Below are positions 29,660 to 38,901 of a DNA stretch of 64,000 nucleotides, one piece after another; position 1 is the first letter of the stretch, and each line of letters begins with the position of its first letter. Made by a program: the position numbers and the translations under genes. A model generated the notes under the pieces. That model did no database searches and was not told where the DNA came from. It saw nothing but the letters and a program-made list of their open reading frames with translations. Origin of the DNA: Spirochaetales bacterium (GTDB taxonomy: Bacteria; Spirochaetota; Spirochaetia; Treponematales; UBA12059); assembly GCA_016928955.1 (NCBI GenBank), contig JAFGJV010000039.1:43744-107743 (forward strand). Direction: 5' to 3'.

Positions 29660-30610
29660 CTACTCCTCGATCTTCTCCATGTACTGGACATTGGCCACGT
29701 AGGGAGCTATCCAGGGCAGTATGGTCTCGGCCGCGCGGGCCACGGCGTCCTTGGCGTAGGAGCTGTAATCCAGCGCCAGGAAGCTGTCCAGCTCGTAGAA
29801 GTCGTCCGGATCTTCCATGGGTATGTAGTAGAGCTTTTTGTAACCGGCGTACATGGGGAAGAGCAGCTTGGTCTTGTGCGTGACCACTTCCGCGCCCGTC
29901 TTGGCGTCGTACAGCCTGAAGGTTATGGAAGCCCAGATGGACAGGTAATAGTCGTTCATCTTAGGCGCTCGCTCGAAAGTACCGGACATGGGCATGGGCG
30001 CACCCAGGACATGCAGGATTTCGTTGTCCAGGGTGACCTCGCCCTCAAGATAGTAGTCGGACGTTGCGGCGTCGGCCTCTCCCACCGCGCGTACGGAGGA
30101 GAAGTAGGACAGCGGGCCTATCGGGGGCAGGTACGACACAGTAACCGGGGTCGTGCTGGTATCCGTGGATACCGGCCGGTTGGACAGGGTGCCCATATTG
30201 CCCGAGCCCAAGCCCTTCATGAACGGGTAATGGTAATCGAGCCGGCCAAGGGAACCCTCCTTAAGGACCGCGAGCACGGCCCGCATCAGCTCGGGCTGGC
30301 TCAGCTTGACCTTGTTGAGGATGTTTCGCTGGAGGATGCCAACCGGGGCGTTCAGCGTGAGATTTTCTTCCTCCACCGCGTAACGCTTGGTGTAGGTGTC
30401 GCCCACCTTGAAGTACTCCACGGCTATAATGCCCCTGGAATTGTGGAAATCGATCTCGAACGGCATGATGGTCAGGGTTTTTCCGTTCAGGACCGCGGCG
30501 TATTCCTCCGTGGGCTGCTCGGGAACCGTGTAGCTCCGGTAGCTTGCGCAGGACGCCGCGAACGCGACGGCCAATAGTCCGGCTGACAGAAACAAGATGC
30601 TCTTCTTCAT
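29660..30610 (-). CDS. Hypothetical lipoprotein
   Basis: MKK...AFAASC lipobox; GAGG RBS. Confidence 0.75.
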   Translation of the reverse strand: MKKSILFLSAGLLAVAFAASCASYRSYTVPEQPTEEYAAVLNGKTLTIMPFEIDFHNSRGIIAVEYFKVGDTYTKRYAVEEENLTLNAPVGILQRNILNKVKLSQPELMRAVLAVLKEGSLGRLDYHYPFMKGLGSGNMGTLSNRPVSTDTSTTPVTVSYLPPIGPLSYFSSVRAVGEADAATSDYYLEGEVTLDNEILHVLGAPMPMSGTFERAPKMNDYYLSIWASITFRLYDAKTGAEVVTHKTKLLFPMYAGYKKLYYIPMEDPDDFYELDSFLALDYSSYAKDAVARAAETILPWIAPYVANVQYMEKIEE

Positions 30611-30702
30611 GGTTTCCTCTCCGCCATGGCTGATCGTCATCCAGCCGCACGGCAGGATTATTATACCACGCGCGCGCCGCCCTACCCGGATTTTTCAGCC
30701 GT

Positions 30703-30731
30703 TTGATTTCCGGGCTGCCGTCGCCTACAGT
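30703..30731 (+). promoter_or_regulatory. Putative sigma70 promoter
   Basis: TTGATT-17nt-TACAGT; ATG 6 nt downstream. Confidence 0.5.
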
Positions 30732-30766
30732 TACTTTATGGAAACGCGCCTGAAACGGAGCGATAC

Positions 30767-31624
30767 ATGACTGGAACCACGGCTGAGCCCGCCGTTGCAG
30801 TTGGCCCCTGGAAGGTGCTGATCGTCGACGACGCTGAGGAAATTCACAATGTCACCCGCCTGGTCCTGTCCAGGTTCGAGTTCGACGGGCGTGGACTGGA
30901 TCTTCTGGACGCGTATTCAGCCTCGGAGGCCATGGGCATCCTGCGGGAGGAAGACGACATAGCCCTGATCCTCCTGGACGTGGTCATGGAAACCGACCGC
31001 GCCGGGCTTGATCTGGCCCGGGAAATCCGGGGCACCCTGGGCAATACGGCCACGCGCATCATCCTCAGGACCGGCCAGCCCGGCCAGGCGCCGGAACGCG
31101 ACGTCATCCTCAACTACGACATCAACGACTACAAGGAAAAGACCGAGCTGTCGGCGCAGAAGCTGTTCACCATGCTCGTGTCGTCGCTCCGCGACTATCA
31201 GCGCATCGTGTGCCTCCAGCGCTGCAAGACCGGCCTTGGCCGCATACTGGGCGACGTGGACCGGCTCAGAACCCTGGGACAGCATGAGGAAGCGGCCAGG
31301 ACCGCTCTTGACCACCTGTCCCGGCTCCTTGGCAGGCACGCGGTCAACGGTTGCGCCGCCACGCCGCTCAACGGAAAGTGGACATGCGTGGCAACGGCCG
31401 GTTCCTGGGATGCAAGCCCGGGCACGCGTGGGGTGCTTGACGGCGACCTGGCTGGGCTCTGCGCACGGGCCGCCGCGTCGAGCGCATATATACAGGAAGG
31501 CGGCCGACTGGCCGTGGCGTGTCCCTCGGGCGACTGCGTGCTTGTCCTGGATTGCCCGGAACCCCTGTCCCGCATGGACAGGGAAATGGTAGACACCTTC
31601 AGGACGGCCGCCTGCGCCAATTGA
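30767..31624 (+). CDS. Response regulator, REC + DUF3369-like, no output domain
   Basis: WKVLIVDD, LLDVVMET, RIILRTGQPGQAPE, YDINDYKEK. Confidence 0.82.
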   Translation: MTGTTAEPAVAVGPWKVLIVDDAEEIHNVTRLVLSRFEFDGRGLDLLDAYSASEAMGILREEDDIALILLDVVMETDRAGLDLAREIRGTLGNTATRIILRTGQPGQAPERDVILNYDINDYKEKTELSAQKLFTMLVSSLRDYQRIVCLQRCKTGLGRILGDVDRLRTLGQHEEAARTALDHLSRLLGRHAVNGCAATPLNGKWTCVATAGSWDASPGTRGVLDGDLAGLCARAAASSAYIQEGGRLAVACPSGDCVLVLDCPEPLSRMDREMVDTFRTAACAN

Positions 31625-31647
31625 CCGGATCCATCGATAATGCGACG

Positions 31648-32913
31648 TCAGATCCTCAGGGACAGGAAGGGTATGCGCATCTCGTCCGCGCTCATGCCGC
31701 CGTGGTTGCCGCGGTTGGCCAGCGTAAAGCGACCGCCGTGCCACCACACGCTCTCCCCCGCCCTGGGCAGAACCACCAGGTCGCCGGCCCTGGATTTGAG
31801 GTCCGGAAGGAGCGGGCCGGGACCATACGCTCCGGCGCCAGCCAGCTCGTCAAACGCGAACACGTCCGCGCGGCCTGACAGCATGGCCGCCAGACGCCCC
31901 TTCAGCTCATCCTCCGCACCTGGGAGCGCGTGGATGAACAGGCTCCTGCCCATACCGCCCGCCGGTATGAGGGGGCCTCCGTCTGCGCCCCTGGCTATGA
32001 GCTTGTCCATGTCCGGCCACAGCCTGTCCAGATAGACGGTCTCCTCTGGCCGCACGTCCACCTGCCCGTGGTCCGCGGTCACCAAGACCAGGGTACCGGC
32101 GGGCGCGCTTTCCACAAAGCGACCGATCAGGGCCAACAGCTTGTCCGCCTCCCTGTCGGCCTCCTGAGACGAGGGGCCGTGTCTATGGGCCACCGTGTCA
32201 TGGCTGTCCAGATAGACAAAGTGGTAGGCCGGCTTGGTGCCGGCGGCTACTGCCCGGGCGGCCATATCCACGGCTCCCTCGGGTGAGGGCGTTGCCACCA
32301 CGTCGGCGCCGCCCGCCATCCTGTCGCTGAAATCGGACGGCGTGAAGGCGGCGTTCGTATACAATCGACAGGCCACCCCCGCGGCCACGAGGGTTTTGAT
32401 AAAAGCCGGTTCGGGAAAAATGTCGCGCGCCGTCCAGCCTTGCTTTTTCAGGCCGCCCGCGGGCCCTCCGGCGTGGCCCATGAGGAACGGGGCAATGACG
32501 GATCCCACGCGCGGTTCCCGGTAGTACCACTCAAGGACTCCGGCCTGGCCCGGAGGGAGGCCTGAGTACAGGGTAACGGTATGCACCACCGTGGTGGACG
32601 GGAACTGGCTGGTCAGTACGGACACCACGCCCCGCTCCTCGAACTCGGCCAGTCCCGGCAGCCCTGTCCCCATACGCGCTTCCACCCGGTTCCAGCCCAG
32701 GCCGTCTATCAGGAACAGCACCACCTGCCCGGCCGGCTGGAGGGTGCCGTGCACGCATGATGCCGGAAGGGCGTGGGACGGATCCGAACCGGACAAAACT
32801 GCCGCAATGGTGGCCGGTATGCGGGCGAAGCAGTATGACGAGTATAAGGGAAGGATCCTGGCCGGACCAAAACCAGAACGCGCCACGGCGTCGAGCGATG
32901 CGTCATTGAACAT
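31648..32913 (-). CDS. Alkaline phosphatase superfamily / nucleotide pyrophosphatase
   Basis: LIDGLG, FPSTT (Thr nucleophile), DTVAH, TADHG, GNHGG; start at 32913 or 32919. Confidence 0.85.
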   Translation of the reverse strand: MFNDASLDAVARSGFGPARILPLYSSYCFARIPATIAAVLSGSDPSHALPASCVHGTLQPAGQVVLFLIDGLGWNRVEARMGTGLPGLAEFEERGVVSVLTSQFPSTTVVHTVTLYSGLPPGQAGVLEWYYREPRVGSVIAPFLMGHAGGPAGGLKKQGWTARDIFPEPAFIKTLVAAGVACRLYTNAAFTPSDFSDRMAGGADVVATPSPEGAVDMAARAVAAGTKPAYHFVYLDSHDTVAHRHGPSSQEADREADKLLALIGRFVESAPAGTLVLVTADHGQVDVRPEETVYLDRLWPDMDKLIARGADGGPLIPAGGMGRSLFIHALPGAEDELKGRLAAMLSGRADVFAFDELAGAGAYGPGPLLPDLKSRAGDLVVLPRAGESVWWHGGRFTLANRGNHGGMSADEMRIPFLSLRI

Positions 32914-32962
32914 GCCCATACTGTAGCTTTGGGCGCAGCGCCCGGCAAGCGCCCTGGATTCC

Positions 32963-32991
32963 TTGACAGAGGGCCAACCGGCACGGATACT
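32963..32991 (+). promoter_or_regulatory. Putative sigma70 promoter of the DUF5362-RDD-MoxR cluster
   Basis: TTGACA-17nt-GATACT. Confidence 0.5.
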
Positions 32992-33094
32992 TGCAGGGAA
33001 CCGGGACCATTCGGTTCCCGGTCACGGATCGTGCGGCGGCCCCAAAGCTCCGCGGCGCGCAGATCCGTAAGTACTCAAAGATCAAGGAGAAACC

Positions 33095-33595
33095 ATGTCT
33101 GACAGCAACAACCCCTACCAGAGCCCCAAGGCCGAAGCCAGCACCGTCGCCTCTATGGCAGATTCAGGCGCCATCACCGGCCGCATGAAGGATTCCATTT
33201 CCGCCACGGCTCCCTGGATGCGTTTCCTCGGCATCGTAGGATTTGTGGGCGCTGGCATCATCGCCCTGTTCGGGCTATTCATGATGTTCGGGATGATGGG
33301 TAGCTTCGCCGGCATGGGCGCCCTGGGCGCTTACGGCTTCGTTGGCGGACTTATTTACATCGGCATAGCCGTGGTCGCCTTCTTCCCGGCCCGCTACATG
33401 TTCCGCGCCGGAACGGGCTTCCGCTCCTATGTCCTGTCACAGCGTTCCGAAACCCTTGAGGGCGCCCTGGCCAACAACAAGTCTTTCTGGAAATTCACCG
33501 GCATCATTACCATCATCTACCTGGCCTTGATTCCCGTGATGATCATCGTCACCGCCGCGGCCACGGCCAGCGCCATGCGCGGTTACGGGTATTAA
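33095..33595 (+). CDS. Membrane protein, DUF5362-like
   Basis: NPYQSP N-terminus; PWMRFLGI...KSFWKFTGI; three TM segments. Confidence 0.75.
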   Translation: MSDSNNPYQSPKAEASTVASMADSGAITGRMKDSISATAPWMRFLGIVGFVGAGIIALFGLFMMFGMMGSFAGMGALGAYGFVGGLIYIGIAVVAFFPARYMFRAGTGFRSYVLSQRSETLEGALANNKSFWKFTGIITIIYLALIPVMIIVTAAATASAMRGYGY

Positions 33596-33607
33596 AACTT
33601 TTCGGCA

Positions 33608-34345
33608 TTGAGCGACAACGCGTCTGACCGGAGCCGCGACACCCTTGTCGCGGCCCGGACCCCCGAGGGCATAGAATACGAACTCAAACCTGCCGGCCTC
33701 ATGGCGCGGGCCGTGGCCTACCTGGTGGACACGCTCATTTCCGGAGCAATATTCACGGTGGGCGCCATGATCCTTACGCTTGGGGCCAAGATCACCGGAC
33801 AGTGGATCATCTACCTGTTCATGTTTGCCATCACCTGGTTCTACCACGTGTCCTTTGAGGTGTTCGGGGGCGGCCGCACACCGGGCAAACGGACTATGGG
33901 ACTCAGGGTCGTCATGCCGGACGGATCGCCCGTGTCGCCGGGAGCATCGTTCCTGCGCAACGTCCTCCGGTTTGCGGATACCTTCATGTCGCTGTATCAC
34001 ATAGCGTTCCTGACCATGACGGCAAGCCGGGATTTTAGACGGCTTGGCGACCATGCGGCGGGAACCCTGGTGGTATACGCGCGAACCGACACGACGCTTG
34101 ACCGCAGGGCGCGCATCGCGTGGCCGGATTGGGTCCCGACCATACAGCCGCCCAGGGCGCTCAGCAACCGCGAGCGCCAGACCATCCTGGCCTTTGCCAG
34201 GCGCTACCCCTGGCTGGGACTCTTGCGGGCCAACGAGATAGCCACCGGGTACGCCCGCACCCTCGGCCTCTCTGACGAGCACAAACTGGCTCCGTCCACC
34301 TACATTCTGGGCTTGGCCCGTTTCCTCGCGGGGGTGGGGCAATGA
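33608..34345 (+). CDS. RDD family membrane protein
   Basis: TPEGI, ARAVAYLVD, GRTPGKR, RRLGDHAAGT; TTG start uncertain. Confidence 0.85.
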   Translation: MSDNASDRSRDTLVAARTPEGIEYELKPAGLMARAVAYLVDTLISGAIFTVGAMILTLGAKITGQWIIYLFMFAITWFYHVSFEVFGGGRTPGKRTMGLRVVMPDGSPVSPGASFLRNVLRFADTFMSLYHIAFLTMTASRDFRRLGDHAAGTLVVYARTDTTLDRRARIAWPDWVPTIQPPRALSNRERQTILAFARRYPWLGLLRANEIATGYARTLGLSDEHKLAPSTYILGLARFLAGVGQ

Positions 34346-35328
34346 GACAGGAACTGTTCGTGGCCAGGCGCAAGGCTGACTGGGAACTTGCTGAAAAGGT
34401 ACTGTCGCTCAGCGGCCAGCACTTCAAGCCCGTGGCGGGCACCTTTCCGTCCCTGTTCCGGCGCCTGTCCCAGGATCTCAACACCGCGCGGGCCCAGGCC
34501 TACGATCCGGTCATCATCGAAAAGCTGGACCAACTGGTATTGGCCTGTCACCAGAAGCTGTACGGTACCAGGGCCTGGTCGCCGGCCGGGTTGTTCAGGT
34601 TCCTCGTTTCCGATTTTCCAAGGACGCTCAGGACGCACTGGAAGAGCTTTGCCGCCGCGACCATAATCTTCTACGGGCTTGCCGCCCTGTCAGCCGGCCT
34701 GGTCCTGAGCCAGCCCGAGTCCGCCTGGGATTTCATGCCGCCCAGCCAGCTTGAGACCATGGAAAACATGTACGACCCGGACGCCGAACATTTCCTGGAG
34801 CCCCGAGAGGCGTCCGGAGACGCCGACATGTTCGGCTTCTATATATACAACAACATTTCGATAGCCTTCAGGACCTTTGCCGGCGGCGTGCTTGCCGGCA
34901 TTGGCAGCCTGTTTTTCCTGGCCCTGAACGGAGTGTCCTTCGGGGTGGTGGCAGGGCACCTGGTGAACGCCGGCTTCCAGGACAGTTTCTTTCCCTTTGT
35001 GATAGCCCACGGATCCTTTGAACTGACGGCCATCGTCATATCGGCCCAGGCCGGGCTCTTGCTTGGCTGGAGCGCGTTCGTGACCAGGGGCCTGTCCAGG
35101 TCGGAGTCGTTCCGCCGCGCTGCAAAGCCCGCGCTGACCCTGATAGGGGGAGCGGCCGTCATGCTGGTCGCGGCCGCCGTTCTTGAGGCGTTCTGGTCAT
35201 CCAGGCACGAATTCCCGCTGAACCTGCGCTACGCCTCCGGAGCGGCGTGCTGGCTGTTCGTCGCCGCGTACCTGGGCTTGGGTGGCCGCGGCGGAAAACG
35301 CGGCAAGGCAAAAGGGGGCCGGACGTGA
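34342..35328 (+). CDS. SpoIIM (DUF95) family membrane protein
   Basis: YIYNNISIAF, IAHGSFELTAI, LEAFWS. Confidence 0.85.
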   Translation: MRQELFVARRKADWELAEKVLSLSGQHFKPVAGTFPSLFRRLSQDLNTARAQAYDPVIIEKLDQLVLACHQKLYGTRAWSPAGLFRFLVSDFPRTLRTHWKSFAAATIIFYGLAALSAGLVLSQPESAWDFMPPSQLETMENMYDPDAEHFLEPREASGDADMFGFYIYNNISIAFRTFAGGVLAGIGSLFFLALNGVSFGVVAGHLVNAGFQDSFFPFVIAHGSFELTAIVISAQAGLLLGWSAFVTRGLSRSESFRRAAKPALTLIGGAAVMLVAAAVLEAFWSSRHEFPLNLRYASGAACWLFVAAYLGLGGRGGKRGKAKGGRT

Positions 35329-36782
35329 GCGACCTGTCCCGTACCGCTTTCCGCTTGCGTCCGCGCAGCATGTGGGAGGCCTTTGACTCGGGCATCTTGA
35401 TATGGAAGGCCAGCCTGGGCTCGGCTGCCACTCTGTTTGCCCTGCCCTTCGTCGCCCTTGCCCTGACGCTGTACTGTGTGCTTCCCAAGGAATCCCTGTT
35501 CTGGACCTGCTTCCTCCTGTGGTGGATCTTGCCCTTGTGGGACCGAATCCTGATCCACCTGTACTCCGTGCGTTTTTTCAGGCCGGAGGCTGGTTTCAAA
35601 GACGTGCTCAAAGGCCTTGGCCGCACGCTCCTTAAGGAGCTGATTCCCGACCTGACCTGGCGTCGCTTTGACCCAAGCCGGTCCGTCCGCCTCCCACTGA
35701 GGGTGCTGGAGAACGCGCGGGGCATGAACCTCAAAATGCGCTGGAACGCCCTGGAACGCGCCCAGCCCGGCTCGGGCTTCACGCTGACCAGCCTGTCCCT
35801 CCTGCTTGAGCTTGCCCTATCCTCTGGCTTTTTGTTGTTCGTCGTGACAGCGATGGAACTCGGCGGTTTTTTGACCGCCGTACTCGACCGGCCGTTCTTG
35901 GAGTACATGGGCCCGCTCCTGTACGCGTCGCTGGTGTCGGGGGCAATCATCATGGAGCCCCTCTACGTGGCCATGGGCTTTTCCCAATACATCAACAAAA
36001 GGGTCCTGACCGAGGGCTGGGACCTCCAGATTCATTTCCAGGATTTTGAGAAAGCCGCGTCCAAGCACGGCTCAGGGCTGAGCTCCGGTCTTGGCATACT
36101 GCTGGCTCTGTTTGTGGCCCTGAGCGCAGCCCCGCCCCTGGCCGCCCAGGAGACCGACGCGCCCATGGACAGCCTGAAAACCGTCCTGGACTCGCCGGAT
36201 TTCGGGCATGACGAGGAGCGCTGGGTACTCCGCCTGCGCAACGGCGCGGAGAATGACGACGCGAACGCAGAAAATTCGGATGCTTCCGATTTCTTTGGCC
36301 AACTGCCCGAAATCGTTTCCAGGTCGCTCCGCTTCCTCCTGGTGGCAGCCCTAGCCCTGGCCCTTGTGGCTCTGATCGTGTACCTGTTCAGGAGCGCCGG
36401 ACCAGCTGGAGCCAAGACGCCGCGAGTCGCCAAGGCTGAAAAACGCCCGCCCTTCAATCCCAGCGCCTCCCTGGCGGAGTCCGAGCGCCTGTTTCAGGAA
36501 GGCCGGGAGCGCGAGGCGTGGGCCATGCGCGCGCGCGTGATGCTTGCCGCCTACGGGTCTTCAGCGTCCTTGAACTTTCCAGCAGACGCGACCGAGGGCG
36601 AGTGCCTCAGCCTGGCCGCCAGGCACGGTGGCCCGAACCTGGACGAACTGAGGGTCAATGTCGGAGCCTGGGTCGGCCTGGCCTACGCAGGCAGGTCCCC
36701 TGGCGCAGCGGGCTTTCAGCGAGCCGGGGAATTCTGCCGCATCCTGCTGGCAACGCTTACGGCCAGGGAGGCGCGGGCGTGA
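35325..36782 (+). CDS. Membrane protein with C-terminal DUF4129-like domain
   Basis: RLRPRSMWEA, YINKRVLTEGWDL, ATEGECL; GTGA overlap. Confidence 0.72.
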   Translation: MSDLSRTAFRLRPRSMWEAFDSGILIWKASLGSAATLFALPFVALALTLYCVLPKESLFWTCFLLWWILPLWDRILIHLYSVRFFRPEAGFKDVLKGLGRTLLKELIPDLTWRRFDPSRSVRLPLRVLENARGMNLKMRWNALERAQPGSGFTLTSLSLLLELALSSGFLLFVVTAMELGGFLTAVLDRPFLEYMGPLLYASLVSGAIIMEPLYVAMGFSQYINKRVLTEGWDLQIHFQDFEKAASKHGSGLSSGLGILLALFVALSAAPPLAAQETDAPMDSLKTVLDSPDFGHDEERWVLRLRNGAENDDANAENSDASDFFGQLPEIVSRSLRFLLVAALALALVALIVYLFRSAGPAGAKTPRVAKAEKRPPFNPSASLAESERLFQEGREREAWAMRARVMLAAYGSSASLNFPADATEGECLSLAARHGGPNLDELRVNVGAWVGLAYAGRSPGAAGFQRAGEFCRILLATLTAREARA

Positions 36783-37927
36783 GAAAACCCTCAAACGGCC
36801 TTCTGATTACCCTAGGCGTGATCCTTGCCGCCGGACTCATAGGAATCAATACCTTCGAGCTTAAGAAAATCACCGAACGCGTAGGGGCCGATCCCAGCGT
36901 GAGGGCCAATCCTTTCAGCGTGGTTGAGCGCTGGCTGGCCGCCGAGGGCATACCGCGCCGTACGGAACGAAAGCTCGGCCAGGCAAACCTGGCCAGAACC
37001 CCCGAGGGCGTCATCCTGGCCATGGCTTCCAGCCTGGACCTCTCGGCCGACACCAACGACGAGCTCGTGCGGCTGATAGGGAACGGCAGATCCATGATCA
37101 TCTTTGTGGACCTGGGTCAAAACGACTGGCTCAACAAAGTCTTGCTCAAGACATTCCTGGCGGACCTGGACATACAGTACAACTCCCTGCTGGACGAAGA
37201 GGGATTCATGGATGAAGTACTGGAAGAAATGCCCAATGGCGACGGCGAAGATGCACCGGCGAGCGCCGACCTCCCGTTGTTCGAGGACGCTGACCTGGAC
37301 CGTATATCCCTTTTCAAAGTTGGCGACGGGAACTGGGAACCATTTGTAACGGTGGCGGTCGACTCGGGGTCGGTTACCGTCCTGGGAGAACCGCGCTTTA
37401 TGTCGCCGGACAACATAACCGAACCTGAAAACGCCAAGCTTGCCTGGGCCTTGTCCGGCGGTGCGCCCGGGGCAGAACGCGGGCTTATCCTGGCCCATGG
37501 CCTGGACTCCGCGCAGGCCGGCGGCTTGGCCAACGCACTCCGGCGCGGCTTCTGGCCGGCCGCCGTGCTGTCGGCTTTGGCGCTCCTGGCCATCTTTGCG
37601 TGGCAGGTCGGTCCCTCGTTCGGGACTTTACGGCCCGTCCGCGAGCTCCCAAGCCTGGGCATACGCGAACGCTTCCGCGCGGAATCAGCCTTCCTGGCCC
37701 GGAACCAGGCTCTCTCCACCTACCTGCAAGCTTACGCGGACACGATCAAAGCCAGACTGCGCGCCCGGGACCCGGATGTTGAGAATCCAGCTGCGGACCT
37801 TGCCCGCATCTCCGGCCTGCCTGAAAAGGCCATACACGATGCCCTGGCCGGCGGCCAGCATTGTCAGGGAACCAAAGAATTCCTCAGGCACCTAGCCGTG
37901 CTAGAAACCATCATGGAGCGACTATGA
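36779..37927 (+). CDS. DUF4350-like membrane-anchored protein
   Basis: N-terminal TM, RANPF, ENAKLAW, C-terminal TM; canonical position before MoxR. Confidence 0.65.
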   Translation: MRKPSNGLLITLGVILAAGLIGINTFELKKITERVGADPSVRANPFSVVERWLAAEGIPRRTERKLGQANLARTPEGVILAMASSLDLSADTNDELVRLIGNGRSMIIFVDLGQNDWLNKVLLKTFLADLDIQYNSLLDEEGFMDEVLEEMPNGDGEDAPASADLPLFEDADLDRISLFKVGDGNWEPFVTVAVDSGSVTVLGEPRFMSPDNITEPENAKLAWALSGGAPGAERGLILAHGLDSAQAGGLANALRRGFWPAAVLSALALLAIFAWQVGPSFGTLRPVRELPSLGIRERFRAESAFLARNQALSTYLQAYADTIKARLRARDPDVENPAADLARISGLPEKAIHDALAGGQHCQGTKEFLRHLAVLETIMERL

Positions 37928-38901
37928 ACCAGACAACCAGCATGAGCGTTGAGAACGCCGCCCAGGCTATGCGGAACGTGGCGGCTGAAGTTGGCAAAGC
38001 CTTCATCGGCCAGAAGAACCTGGTGGACAGCGCAATGATAGCCCTGTTGGCGGGCGGCCACCTGTTGGTGGAGGGCATACCCGGCCTGGGAAAAACCCTG
38101 CTGGTGCGCGCTCTGGCCCGGGCCTTGGGCGGCGACTCAACACGCGTCCAGTTCACCCCGGACCTGATGCCCAGCGACATCAGCGGCCATGTCATGTTCG
38201 ACTCCAAGAACGACACCTTTGTCACTAAAAAGGGCCCCATATTCACCAACCTGCTGGTGGCAGACGAAATCAACCGGGCCCCGGCCAAGACCCAGGCCGC
38301 CCTGTTCGAGGCCATGCAGGAATTCCAGGTCAGCCTGGACGGCGTCACCCATGCCCTGCCCCGGCCCTTCATGACCCTGGCCACGCAGAATCCTTTCGAG
38401 CATGAAGGCACCTACCCCCTTCCGGACGCCCAGAAAGACCGTTTCCTGATGAAGATAGTCCTGGACTACCCTCCGGCGGACGAGGAATCGGCCATGGTCG
38501 GCATGGTCATTGCCTCGGGTACGGGCGCGGAACTGATCACGGACGCCGTGCATACGGTCCTGGATCCGGCGGGTTTCATGGCCATACAGGCCGCGGCGTC
38601 GGGCGTGCGCGTCGATCCGGCTATTGTCGACTACGCGGTCCGCATCGTTGCGGCTACGCGCCACGATTCCAGCCTGGCGACCGGAGCCGGTCCCCGCGGC
38701 AGCCTGTCGCTGGTCAGGGCCGCTCGGGCAAAGGCCTTGCTTGACGGCCGCGACTTTACCCTGCCGGACGACATCAAGGCCGTTACCGTGCCCGTCCTGC
38801 GCCACCGCGTAACCCTCAGTCCCGAAAGCGAGGTGGACGGGATCACGGAGAGCAAGATAATCGACATGGTGCTGTCCAAGGTCGAGGCTCCCCGCTCATG
38901 A
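37924..38901 (+). CDS. MoxR family AAA+ ATPase
   Basis: EGIPGLGKT, QFTPDLMPSDI, ADEINRAPAKTQ, ATQNP, DRF. Confidence 0.93.
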   Translation: MNQTTSMSVENAAQAMRNVAAEVGKAFIGQKNLVDSAMIALLAGGHLLVEGIPGLGKTLLVRALARALGGDSTRVQFTPDLMPSDISGHVMFDSKNDTFVTKKGPIFTNLLVADEINRAPAKTQAALFEAMQEFQVSLDGVTHALPRPFMTLATQNPFEHEGTYPLPDAQKDRFLMKIVLDYPPADEESAMVGMVIASGTGAELITDAVHTVLDPAGFMAIQAAASGVRVDPAIVDYAVRIVAATRHDSSLATGAGPRGSLSLVRAARAKALLDGRDFTLPDDIKAVTVPVLRHRVTLSPESEVDGITESKIIDMVLSKVEAPRS

